Below, piece after piece: positions 24,544 through 37,500 of a stretch of DNA of 64,000 bases. Origin of the DNA: Phoronis australis (lineage: Eukaryota; Animalia; Phoronida); assembly GCA_002633005.1 (NCBI GenBank), contig NMRA01000445.1, forward strand, positions 192,402 through 256,401. Reading direction: 5' to 3'. The notes under the pieces are model-generated. The model worked only from the letters and a program-made list of their open reading frames with translations. It was not told the origin of the DNA and did no database searches. Position 1 is the first letter of the stretch, and every line of letters starts with the position of its first letter. Position numbers and translations under genes: made by a program.

Positions 24544-25548
24544 CTAAAACGTGGTTTCAACCTCACTGGCACTTTGGCTGTCACCTGCAATTTTGGTGTC
24601 GGGAATAACAACACAGGGGGCACCCGTCTCATCAACAACACTTAAGCTAGCGGTGCAAACAGGAACTTTGGATTCAATGCTTTCATTGTCCGACTCAAGT
24701 TCAGCGATGGCATTGCGAGCAATGTCGCTGAGATTATCTCCGTCGTCCGTGGAGATCTGTCGTAGCCGATGGCGGATTACTCCTTCCATTTGCAGTTTCT
24801 CACTCTCTTCCGCATTCTTCAGGATGCGAGCCTCGTTTATCCGGGCGTCCCGCTCAGGGCTCTCCAACCGGTTGTCAGTTACGGGGAAGAACCCCACCCG
24901 CGGTGTGGTGGGGCTGATGCCTGGACTTTCTGGCTGAATGCAGGAAGTATCGATGTTGTCCGTAATGGCCGTGTACTCACCCATCTTGAATGGAAACAAG
25001 CTTGCAATGCCCGCGGATGCACTGGCACTGAGGCTGGAGCTGAATGCCGATTGTGGTGCTACCGCAAGACCATTGTTGGAACTAACATTCGATGTGAGGC
25101 TGGGTGTGCGAAACAGATGATCGCCAGAGATGGTACGGGTGCGTACGCGTCGCGCCTTGTCTGTTGCAGGTTTCTCTGTCACAGCCACAACGACCTCTGA
25201 CTGCATCGCTGTGGTGACCATGACCTTGTCATTGTTGTGAGCCGATGTATATTGAGGTGAACCCGGATTGGACTCAGTAATGACATGTTTGACATGGCTA
25301 GGTCCAAAGCTCACACGTCGTTCACTAGTATCAACCTGTAGAGGGTCATGCAGGGACAGCGAGGGCAGGCCTTTGGCACCTGGGCGTCGCTCGAGAAGAC
25401 TGTCTTCCTTGTGTGGCTTTTGACTTAAGTTGTCAGCTTCGTCCAATACTAGTGGGGCTGGCTGAGCGTACTTTCGTCTGACCGTAGGCGGTGTCACTTC
25501 CATGTCTGTATTACACTCTGGTGGTGGGGTACTTACGTCAAATTTCTC
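24544..25548 (-). CDS. TRPM3: TRPM terminal exon
   Basis: EKFDVS...[15 protein letters not shown]...EVETTF*. Confidence 0.85.
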   Translation of the reverse strand, partial: EKFDVSTPPPECNTDMEVTPPTVRRKYAQPAPLVLDEADNLSQKPHKEDSLLERRPGAKGLPSLSLHDPLQVDTSERRVSFGPSHVKHVITESNPGSPQYTSAHNNDKVMVTTAMQSEVVVAVTEKPATDKARRVRTRTISGDHLFRTPSLTSNVSSNNGLAVAPQSAFSSSLSASASAGIASLFPFKMGEYTAITDNIDTSCIQPESPGISPTTPRVGFFPVTDNRLESPERDARINEARILKNAEESEKLQMEGVIRHRLRQISTDDGDNLSDIARNAIAELESDNESIESKVPVCTASLSVVDETGAPCVVIPDTKIAGDSQSASEVETTF

Positions 25549-28500
25549 CTGAAAATAACACAAAATAATTAAAACAGAATACCACCATCAACTAAACACT
25601 AAATAAAGAAAAATACACCTCACATATTCAGACCTTGTCATATGGATGGGAACAAGAATTTCATTTTTTTGACGTTAAGCTTAGTTTGAAACATTACACC
25701 TCAGAAAAGGTAGATCAGATTCAAACAAAATTTTCATATAACATGCTTTGCGCTCTGTTTTCCAAAACGCAGGAATTGTTTCTGATATGTTCCATTTTTG
25801 CATAAAAGGTATAAAAAAATAAGAACATTACGATACTGATTTTTAGGGAAAAAATTGAGAATGTGCATAAACCAAAACAATGATTAAGAAACTTAAAACG
25901 ATGTTGAGATGTCATCTTTAACATATATACCATACAAAATTTGGCCACAACATTGACATCATCGTTTGGCTACAATGAACTTTCTTTTTTTTTGCTAAAT
26001 TTGAATAAAAAACATGGCCACGTGACACAAGTGTTTGCCGACTGGTATGAAGTCAAAAATCAAATACTATATGATTTCTGCTTCCTGAAAATATGAACTA
26101 GTAATAACGTTACTTCAATGTTTTTTTGTGATAATTGGCTAAATGCAGATAAGTCCTACAAAAAAGCTTAGCAGGTCTTGGTTTTTTTTGGAAATCAAAT
26201 CAGTGGGCCAAAATTTTTTAGTTGCTGACTATTTTTAAAAGAAAAATCTGCCTGAAACAAGCAAAATGATGCGGGATTTGTTTTTTTACTGCTCATGTGT
26301 CCTTGTGCAGCTTTTCAAAAAACGAGATCTTTACTGAAATTGGTGCTGGCGTGACCTTTTTTCCAATTGGTGAATGTTGGTCTCGCCATGAGTTAGGGTA
26401 AAGACCAGAATCAACTTGCTTTTTTGGCCTAACCTTAAAAGCAATTTACAACGCTCATCTTTTGAGCTTCTAGAGGAACATTGAGGTTTTTGAAATGGTG
26501 ACTTTGTTGTTCGATTGGCACCATTGCCCATTACTGCACAGTTTCCTGGTTATAATTTTACATCATTCAAAATGTTGACAGTTAATGTGCCCACAAACAA
26601 GATCTAAGGAATCAAATTATTTTTGGTACACTTTTGCTCCTATGAGGCAATAATGGTCAACTGTCAAAAATTACATTTTTAATTTTCTTAGATCAGTTTA
26701 TTTGGCCATAAAGGAAAATCGAACAAACTCAGTCTATTTTGTTCAATAAATGTAATCAAACCTGTGTCTCACCTGATCATCTCCAGCAGACGACAAAACA
26801 GGTGGCTCTGGTTGTTCATCTTCAAGGGAAACAATTCCAAGATTGGGTTCTATGTAGTGCTGGATGGTATCAAGTACATTTGCTGTTCGCAAGGCCAGGT
26901 CTTCTAGTTTGGCTAATCGATAGTCGACCGTCTGCAGGGACAAGTTTACGCGATTCTCCTTTTGAAGCATGTCTTCCAGCCGCATGTTCATGTATTCCAC
27001 ACTAGAATCAACAACAGAGGTGTTTATTACTGCGAGGCAGAGTTATTAACACTATTGCTCGAATCAGTAACTGTCAAAGATAGATTTAGTAACTCTATCG
27101 ATAGACTTATTAGCTATAATTAATGTTAGACTTAGTAACTCTCCTTCCAGAGATAGTAACTATATCAATATATTTACTAACTCTATCGATGGGCTTAGTA
27201 ACTCTATTCATAAGTAACTCACATAAAAGTGATTTAAGGTTCATTTCCTGACCACTGACTTTAAGGCTAAAAGTTAGAAATCTGGTCCAAAATGGCCACA
27301 CGCAACTATTTCTGAAACGCTAATTTCACTTTAATGAGCAAAAGTATAAAAGTACAAATTCTTTGATAATATACTACTGCTATCTGTATCAATTATCTTC
27401 AGGTTGTGTACTGCTAATAACTACATGGCGAAACCTTTATTCGGTAGTTGTAAACTGGGTGCATAAGAACAAATTTCTGACTTAAATCAATGAGCTATAC
27501 CAGGACTGGTATAGCTCATTGCTTAAATCTTAAGTCGCTTTTCATGATTCAAGCTTGAATATGACTTCTAATTAGTAACTTAATTCAAACTGCCTATCTT
27601 TAACGATAGCAAAATACGTTTCCAAGCAAATTAAAGACATCTGCTACATTAATAGCGAGGTTATGCAAGCACAGTGTCAAACCTTGAATAAGGCTCGACA
27701 AAGTTTGAATTATAGTATAGATCAAGCTTGAATTAAAAAACAACCAAGCTTAAATAATATCAGTTAACCTTATACAAGTTTCAGAGTATTTTTCACTTTT
27801 CTTGCCATTAAGGGTCGCAGAGAACGGATTCATGTTAAATGGCAAGTCACAATTTGTCACATCACAAAATCTTTAAAGTCTCAGTTGCAACAGCTTGTTT
27901 TCTGGTGTTTTTGCATAATTTATACAAGTCATGCCAATTTGGCTTTTATCACAATTTTTCGTCATTGTGATAACAACGAACTCCAAAATTTTACAATTTG
28001 TGAAAAAAGAAACGACCAGAATAACTCAACTGTAAACCCAACAAAACACAAACACAAACTACCTGGCTCGCATTTTGTGACAGAATTCTCAAAATGTCAC
28101 AAAATGTCACATAATTTCAGGCAAGCAAGTTTTGTCATAGAATACCACCAAGTCTTGTTAAACCTCAACGCATTTCTTGTCGTACCGTTCAGTGGTTAGC
28201 CCGATCCTCTGCTCCGTGCTAGACAGCTGCTGGACCTCTTTACCACGGAAGTATTCTTCTACACATTCCTCCTCGAAGTCATACAACTTCTCTTTGTCCT
28301 CCGGAGACAGGAACAGCTCTGTCAGGGACAGTGTGAACGATGTATGTACAGAGTTTTGGTGACGAAATACACTGCAGTGTTCTCCCTAGACAAAACTTCA
28401 AACAACATGCACATTGCACGTCATGTACTTGCATGTTAATACTCCTTTCTGTTAACTGACAACAGTTACACTTTATTTTCACTTGCTGGGCACCTCATGG

Positions 28501-31500
28501 TAATTTGTACAGCTAAATAATAAAAAAATACACTATGGAACACAGTTTCAACAGTTTGGCTCAAAAGCAGGAACAAAGCGTTGAAATGCGCACACAATTG
28601 CACCGTATACGGTATCCTTCTAGGGTTGTTTATTGGTACCATAAAGTGGCCAGTAGAGGGCATATAATGTAGTATGTTGCACTTTGCAAAATGGAAAGGC
28701 ATGGTCATTGTCTCCTCAATAGGCTGGGGGCAAAATGTGAGTGATCTTCATAATACAAGCACATCCTTTACATCAGTTGCTTAAAGCACCACAGAAACAT
28801 ACCGGTAGAATTAAAAACAAATTTACCAACATACGAGATTAGCACAGCATTAGAATGCCAGAAACAAATTTCTACGTGGAACTTTTCCTTCATAGTCACG
28901 AAGTAACACAAAGTATACACCTGAAGGCCTATGCAAATACAGAGATCAATGTAAAATACTAAAATTGCCACTAGAGGCATACCGGTAGTCAGAATCATCC
29001 TAAAGTCGTCATCGTCCGTTGTCAACATCACATAAATACACTTGCTAAATTTAGTAAAGATCCTGCAAACGGTTTGGGAGATACAGCCATGGGCGCAAAA
29101 AAAATGCCACTAGGAGGCGCCACAGTAATCAAAGTCATGGGAAATTCAGCATCAACCGTCCTCTTCATAGTAAGAACATACATGCCAATTTTCACAATCA
29201 TACTTAGAGCGGTTTGGTTGTTAGAGGGGTGGACACCAAAAAACAGACTCAAAAACAGTAAAAATGGCCACTGGATGTCGCAAACTAGGTCGAATTCATC
29301 CGAAAACGGGAGGATAGCGTCATCGCACTAATAGGTGCCTACATACCAAATTTCATGAAAATCCGTTAAGGACTTGTGAAGATACAGAGGTAAACGTAAA
29401 AAAATAAAATTGCCACTAGGGGGCACACTAGTAGGCGGATCCGTCCAAAGTCGTCATCGTCTGTTGTTAACATCATATAAATTTACTTATTAAATTTCGT
29501 TAAGATCCTGCGAACGGTTTAGGAGATACAGCCATAGGCGCAAAAAAAACAAAACTGCCACTAGGAGGCGCCACAGTAGTCCAAATCGTCTGAAAATCAT
29601 TGTCAGCTGTCCTCTTTATAGTAAGCACATACATGCCAATTTTCACAATCATCCTTTGAGCGGTTTGGTTGATAGAGGGGTGGACGCACAAAAACGGACT
29701 CGAAAAAAATAAAATGGCCACTAGGTGGCGCAAACTATGTCGAATCCATCTGAAAACGGGAGGATAGCGTCATCTCACTAATAGGTGCCTACATACCAAA
29801 TTCATGAAAATACGTTTAGGACTTTTGAAGATAAAAAGGTAAGCGTAAAAAACTAAAATTGCCACTAGGGGGCACACCGGTAGTCGGATCCGTCTGAAAG
29901 TTCGAACATGCCGTCCCATTCATGAATGGAACATATGTACCAAATTTCATGAACGTATGTCAAAGGGTTTTGGAGATAAAGCAGCGGACGCCGGACACCG
30001 GACGGACGCCACCCGGACGGACTGAGATGACGGCATAATGAGTCCATATATCAATATGTGGGCGCATAAAAATCGGGCTTTCAAACGAGGTTCAAGATTT
30101 CTGTGTTTGAAATGTTTTGCACAATGTGTGACACGTGTTGGGCAAACTCAGCACCCCACAGCTGTCACCAGGTGGCGCTGGGTAAAAATTAAAAGAAGGA
30201 TCCCAATCCATTTCAGTTGGTGTTGGATGATTTTTTCTTTTTGATATTAATATTAAACAACTAAAAATATGACACCACTGCACAGACCAGAACCAAGTGG
30301 TACTTTAATTTGTTTCATTTTTCTTTGGTCAATGCTCTGCAATCGTGAGATGTAGTCAAGATGTAGATAACAAGATGTATGATGTAGTCAAGATGTAGTC
30401 AAGATGTAGTCAAGATGTAGTCAAGATGTAGTCAAGATGTAGTCAAGATGTAGTCAAGATGTAGTTAAGATTTATTGGCACATGTTGATCATACCTATTA
30501 CATGAAGCTGTACGGTAAATGCTTAAACTAGTCCCAAAACAGCTAATAAGTTGCCTATGTAAACCTTTGACATCAAGAGCTTAAATGCAGTGTAATTCAG
30601 ACAAGGGATAAAAACCACGACAAAGATTCGCATGGAAAAGCCACATGTCTCCTCTTTGTATGCATACTCACTGAGTCCATTGTCGTAAATCTCCGCCTTG
30701 TTCTTGCACCGCCGGTGTATATACTTCATGATCAGATACAAATGGCTGAACACAATCAGTGGGGGTGGCAACAGTGGCTTTTGTTCATACTCGATCGTCA
30801 GGTTGTAGCGCTGGAACTTCCACAGCTGCTTGGCGATTGGCTTCACTTTTTGGAATGTGACGCTAGGTCAAACAAAAGACGCCTTAGATCATTGTTCACA
30901 ATCATCATATGCGTAGGGTAGGGTCAAAAAAGAATACTCGGTGTTGCTGGTCTTGTAACAGCAAGATTTACAAAAGGTGGCAGTAAGTACAGCGAACGAT
31001 ACTCGTACTAGTTGGTCACTCATCTCAGTACTTTGACCAATCATTATCTGTGGCATGGACAAAAATCGATACCTTGCTAAACAAATAGGAGGTCAATAAA
31101 AACAATGCGAATTTCAGACAAAACAAAAAATACCACGGTGTCTTCATTCTTGGTTAACCAACGGTCTCGTTGAAAATTAAAATGGCCGATGACGGATGCA
31201 ACTGTAGCTTATTAAATAATCCAATCAAAAAGTGACGGTCGGCAGCACGTCTCCACCATACACCGAGTTTTTAGATTCGACAAGAGATTTGAGAAATAAG
31301 CAGTGGACAAGCACACATCATGGCAGGCACTGCGATGGCATGCGATGAGCAAGCATCAATTTTCCGTGGGGAATAAATATGTCACCTCAGTTGAATTTAC
31401 TCACTTGAACACAGCAATGAGTAGATTGATGAGCAAAATGTTGGCTACCAACAGATAAACAGACATGATGAGGGGAGTGATCCATGCCCCGGGGGTGCAC

Positions 31501-34500
31501 CCGGATGTGTCCTCACCACCGCAGCCTGGAACGAGAAAAGAGCATGACCTAAAATGTGATCGACGGCCACTGTAAACACTAGAGAAGCAGCGTGGGTTGG
31601 GAGGGGGTATGGAGGAGAGAAAGTAGCCAAGGACAGAGCGATAATTGTTTTATCTGCACAAAAACAATTTGAAAAAAGTCGATGAAAATCTTGGTATATT
31701 TGTTCTAAAAAAATCAGACATGTGAAAAATTTTAAACGTTCTTACGGAAGGAAAAATAGAATTTCAGCCCTTTCATCTTAAACAATTGAAGAATCTTCAC
31801 AATATTACCCAATGATAAGGCCTTGAAGAGTTGCGTCCTGACAATACAAAACTTACGGTCTATAGTTCCCGCATAGACTTCGCCGTACAACATGAAGTAT
31901 GGCTCAAGGAACACGTCTCGGACAAGGTGCCAAGATGGCGCCTGATTTGGATACAAAATGGCCTGACGGGCGACACCGAAACTCATCAAGACTATGAGCA
32001 GGATAACCAGGAAGGTCAACATGTCGACAATCTGCAAAAAGACGTCAAATAGTCTGTCGCAAGCAAAGCATGTTCCAAGTGTTGGTTACCTTTTTTACCC
32101 AATTTGTTCAAAGGACCAGGTTGTCATCATTTTCAAAATTGCTGAGGGTAAGTTTTGTGGATAAGACAGCTAAAATTCAAATAAATCTAAACTGTATATA
32201 TTTCAAGCAGCGTAACAAATCATGACCTGTAATCAAGGTAGGGAAAATCATCACAACCACATATCCAACTGTTAATAATAATAATAATAATGAGAAAAAA
32301 ATCAGTCGCGGTCACTGTAAAAAAATCTGATCTGCAGTTATTGGTAGAGAACATATGCTTTTGGGGATTTTTTGTACTCAAATCAAAGGTCACGATTCGT
32401 TTTGATGTAAAACAAGCAAAAAATTTCTGTAAATTAAATTTTGGCCATATCACTTCTGTGACTACAAGATACCAATATGGGGGAAGCCTTGATAATACAT
32501 GAGTGAATTCCAAGCTGGAATGGTTCAGACCACAGTTTTTATGCGCGATCAAATAGAGCAGAGGGCTGACCACAACACTCAAAAAGCCCGGTGAGAACAC
32601 TGACAAAGAAAAGTATCAAGAGGATTGCAGTGACATAAAATTGCACTAATGAAGTTCTGCATCAGAGCTTTGAAAACATAAAATGTTGTTTAAACCCTTA
32701 GAAAAATAAAAAAAGCAAAATTTTTGTTGGTTATTAATTTAAATTGTTTCAAATTGGTGGCATTTAGACACGATACTCACCATTTTGAACACCATGGTGA
32801 CGTACGGCCCGAGATGCTTGCTGACAGCAAACAGATCGAGTAGACGGATATACCAGAACATGACATTAAGACAGTACATGACACGACCGATCATGTGCAT
32901 GTCAGTGGACGGTTGAAACCGCAGCGCCACGGCGACGACAAACATCCAGGTGGCGATGGTATCCAGGACATTCCAGCCATCACTAAAGAACACGCTGAAC
33001 TTCTGCAACAGCTTGACTGGCTCCGAGGATATAACCTGAGGAAACACAGGGATTGGTCAATTTACGAGACAATATGGAGAACACCATCACATTTTCAATA
33101 CACCAATGAGATTTTAGTGGCACACGAGATAGAATTTAATACTTTACAAGTTCAAGCACAAGGGGTCATGAACCCGCCTTCAGTCCAATTAACAGCTTTT
33201 TATATAGGTCACATGTCCATAATAAAATTGGTCTCAAGTTCCACTTTACTTTAGTTTAGCACAGACAGCACAGACAAGTCCACTAGACACTTCTAATATT
33301 AGCACGGAAAAGTTGGGACCAGACCAGTTTTCATTCCGTCAACGAAAACTAATTTTGATGCAAATATGGAATTCACATTGAGTACTTCGAGAAAAAATCA
33401 AAATCTAAAACAATCAGGCAAAAAATAAGTGCGTTTAAAAGACACTTGTAAACATGAAGTTAACAAAACTTTATCTGTTCACATCACGGCTGCTATAACT
33501 GACCAATAGAAGGAATCAGTCAATACGACCCACCTCTCGCACTTTCTCAATAATAAGCGTGAATATGTAGAGAATGACGAACATCTCTGGAGATGACGGG
33601 TGTAGGCCGGGCTTCATCTCTACCAACACTACGTACGTATAGACGACAACAAAGGCCAGATACATCATCTGTAAACAGTAACGAAAATCTGGTCCTGAGT
33701 TTTAACAAGGGCTCTACAGAGAGAGTATCTCTGTCTCAATAGGGCCAGCACAGCTAGCACAGAAGGTCGATCAAATACTACCGCAACCAATTTTTTTGTG
33801 AGTAGTTCTTTGTTTTGCTAACGAAATTGAAGACTGAACGTAATTACAGTCAATGTGCTCAAGGTTAAACAGAAATGTAGAGAAGGTAACGGAAGGTAAC
33901 TCATATGGCAGCTATGCCGAGAGACACCAGAGTAGCTGGGGGACCTGTCTCAGGCTACATACAGGGCTTGGAATGACAAATGGCGAAAATTTTTACGGCC
34001 CGAAACATGTGCGCAGCCGGCCTTGCAAAAGTCGGTGTGGACCTTTTGCAGACAGGAATCGAGAGGACTAGAAAAAAAAAAACGGTACCACCTCCGGAAG
34101 CGTGCGTCTGCGTCTGTCTTAGCTCGTCCGCCACTCCCGCCTCCAAACATTTTTGGCTCCATAGTCGTAGTATTTGACACTGCGGTTTACAATCATACGA
34201 GCCGTCATTGAGGAAATCCACCACGCTTTTCCCAGATGCCCCGGCAATGTTGACAATTTACGTTCCTCCGAAACATAAAGAGCAACTTCCGCTTTTTGAG
34301 GTGAAAGTCGTCGGCAATGCGGCAGTAAGAAAGAAATTTGCCGCGGACATTTTATATGAAATACGATTTTTTTTTACGCGGAAACATAATAAAATACGCG
34401 GAAAGAACATTTGAAAAAAAACGGAAATCCGTGTTTCCGCGGAAAATTCCAAGCCCTGTACATAGGGTCAGACCTCATCTGTCAGTCTGAGAACCAAGTT

Positions 34501-37500
34501 TATGGCCATTTGCGAAGTATTTTCCGACATTGACAATTGATCCTGTCTAGTGAATAATTATGCAATTTTTAAAGCAAGAAAAAATAAAGATCTGTAAAGA
34601 AAATTATCTTATTTCCGAATCAAACAGGTTCTGAGGGGAAAAGGTTTGAAACAAGAAGTCAAACGCATACCGCATGCAACCAAAACTTAGTAATGGGAGC
34701 AGCGTAGAACTCATAGACCTTTTTGCCGATCTTGAGAGGACTACTCTTCTTGTGAGCCGACAGGGTGGTGTTGAAACTGGTGCTAGACGCCAGGCCAGCG
34801 GCGCCACTCTCTTGTGGGTGATAAGAAAACGAGCGCGAGTACGACACTTCCGGGTTGTCAAAGTACTCCTGAAACAATGACATGACTAATATAATAATGT
34901 TGATAATGACAACCAAACTGGAATCTCCATGATAAATAAAATAACATCAATTGTACAGTAATAAAAAACAATAATTATAATTAGTAAAAATATTTATAAT
35001 TAAAATTATATTATTTATTCATATTGGGCAAGATCCCACTAAAAAGTAACAATTTGAAAATAAAAAAGAGGAAACTTTACAAATAGGCGACCAAACAATA
35101 ATGATCACAAAATGTACTTAAGAGAGAAAAAGAGTCATAGTGCTGAAAGAAACCAACAAGCAGAGTTTGATTTATACAATTTCGTGATGGAATGGAAGTC
35201 ACTTAAAGAGTAATCACACAAAGAAAGCAATGAGTGACCACATGATCTTAAGAGTTCAGAACCGTGTTAGTGTATGTGGCCTACTGAGAAATAGTTCTTT
35301 GTGAATGAAGCCGGGCACATCATGAATAAAGCATGAAGTTGCAAAGGTTTGTTACCAGTGCAGGGCTCTTGAGAGGAGAGAGGCGACATCTCATACATAC
35401 AGTGAGAGCAAGCAGTAGAACTCAGTATTATTGCACACTGCCCACCTACTATCGTTTACCTTTGTGCTGTAACTTTGTTGATGACCTTGACCTTAGCAAG
35501 ATGGTCATATGTCAAACATAAACGATATACCAATTGTAAAATAAATTTGAGTTAAGTGTGGGCATTGTGTAATTTGCAACAAACTGTAATGAGGCCAGTC
35601 ATAAGGTTATCCCAAAACTGCCGAATTCCAGCAAGATGAAATTTTTATCTTAGAAAGAAAAAATAGCAATACGAACAAACCAAAATCACCCCAAAACCAC
35701 CCTACTGTTTTAAAAATCCATCAGTTGTGTTAGAACACACCCAAACTTGTTTGGGAAATGTTCATTCTTTGAAAAGTTTTTATGTTAAGACTTGCAATTA
35801 ACTGTAACAGCAAACTGATGCCGAATTTCAAATTGTCGTAATTGCCTTGAAAATGACCTATCTCCCAAATGTTCAAATTTGTTGCACATTATAATTTCAA
35901 AACTCAGCGCAAGCAAGCCAAACTCATCTGGGTGAAAATTAATCTTGTTGCTGTGAAAAGTCAAAACTGGTTGGGAAGAACACCGAATCTCAAGGTTAGG
36001 AATGACCTATGGCAGAAGAGAGGAAACTTTCCAGGTGATGTATTGTTCCACAAGTAAATAGGCTTGTGAGATAGAATTACTTCTGTTTTGTTGTAAAATT
36101 TAACTGAAATCAATATTTTTGCATGAATTAAGTCAAAATAATGATGAAAAAGAGATAAAAAAGAGGAAACTGGATATCAAAACAACAAGAAATTGAAGCC
36201 AAATAAGAGGAAATCCTCTTAAAAGAGGAAAACCCTGGAGTCTAGAAAAGCAATTCTACCACCGTCACCAACATATTGAAGCTGAATCCTACTTCGCTCA
36301 TTTAGTGTGACACCATTTTGACGTTGTGGACGCAGTCAAATAAAATTAAAATGCCAATATTAAAAGCAATGACAATAATTAGGCCACATTTACGTAGCCC
36401 TGTAAGTTACTAAGCATTGTTCCATGGTTACGGACCAGGTCAATTCCAATCCTTCTGAGGTTTCCGGGAGTATACAAAGGGTGCAACCGTTGTCGGGCAA
36501 CACTGATTAACTCTAACACATAATGTTGTAAAAAGTTGAAGTGCTAAATTGCCCCCAGTGCTAATCTGAATCGGAAAAAATACAAGCCGGGCAAAATTTT
36601 TGAAAATGTAATCAGACTGGTCATTTCTCTTTCAATTTGAGGGTCCAAATCACGTCATGATAGTGGCTAGTACATCAACACTAAACATTCGAATATCAAT
36701 GTTTATGTCATATAAGCACAGTGTGAAGAAATTCTAGTGATTTTAAGATGTCTTTCATAAACAAATATATTTGGTTGATCATAATTTACTAAAAATGATT
36801 TTTATATGAAATCAATTCATATCAACAATTCTCAATTCATGTGACTAAATGGCGAGATTATATTATTTTTTTGATTATTCGTAATAACTGTAATGATTCT
36901 ACACCTAATTAGCAAACGATACAGCTGACAAGTGAAATTCTTTAGCGTCACATTTCTTCAAAAAATAAACCTTAAGAATAGTTCAGTCTATTTCAAGGAT
37001 AGCTTGTTCAGTGTAAACATCATAAAATAGCATTTGGTAACGTTTCCACTATTTACAGGAAAAAAGAAAAATGACAATTTCGGCAATTATCTTTGTGCAA
37101 AATAGGTGGAGAATTTTCATGATAGGTCATGAATAATAATTAATATTGATTTCCTTTCACTGAGCAATGATAAATGACCAAAAGAGGCTTTCCATGAATG
37201 GTGAACAGACTGTTAATTATTTACAATCAGCCGGATACAAATTCATATCAACAAAAACGTTAGTGTGAGCAGTCATGAACAAATAAATATGTTGAACAGC
37301 GTTGTAAGTTCAAAATGCCAAAAAAATTCAACCAAGTACAAGATTTGTACAAAAATGTTATGACCACAACCAGAACTTTGAACAGATATCCATGCGAGAA
37401 ACCCTGATAAATAAATAGTAACTTGCTAATGAACTTCAACACATGGCGCCCTTCGGAACTCCATGCAAATCAACAACTTGTTTGCCAGCAAGACTTCCTT

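Noticed and set aside
24551-25200. Plus-strand ORFs opposite the TRPM last exon
   Set aside because: Antisense shadows of a GC-richer coding exon
31526-31856. TRPM3-style alternative pore-loop splice sites
   Set aside because: Nearby upstream AGs would add 23, 44 or 53 nt, all out of frame; no strong alternative donor seen
35356-35389. Additional TRPM micro-exon
   Set aside because: Weak GAG acceptor and phase 0-1, incompatible with the flanking phase-0 exons
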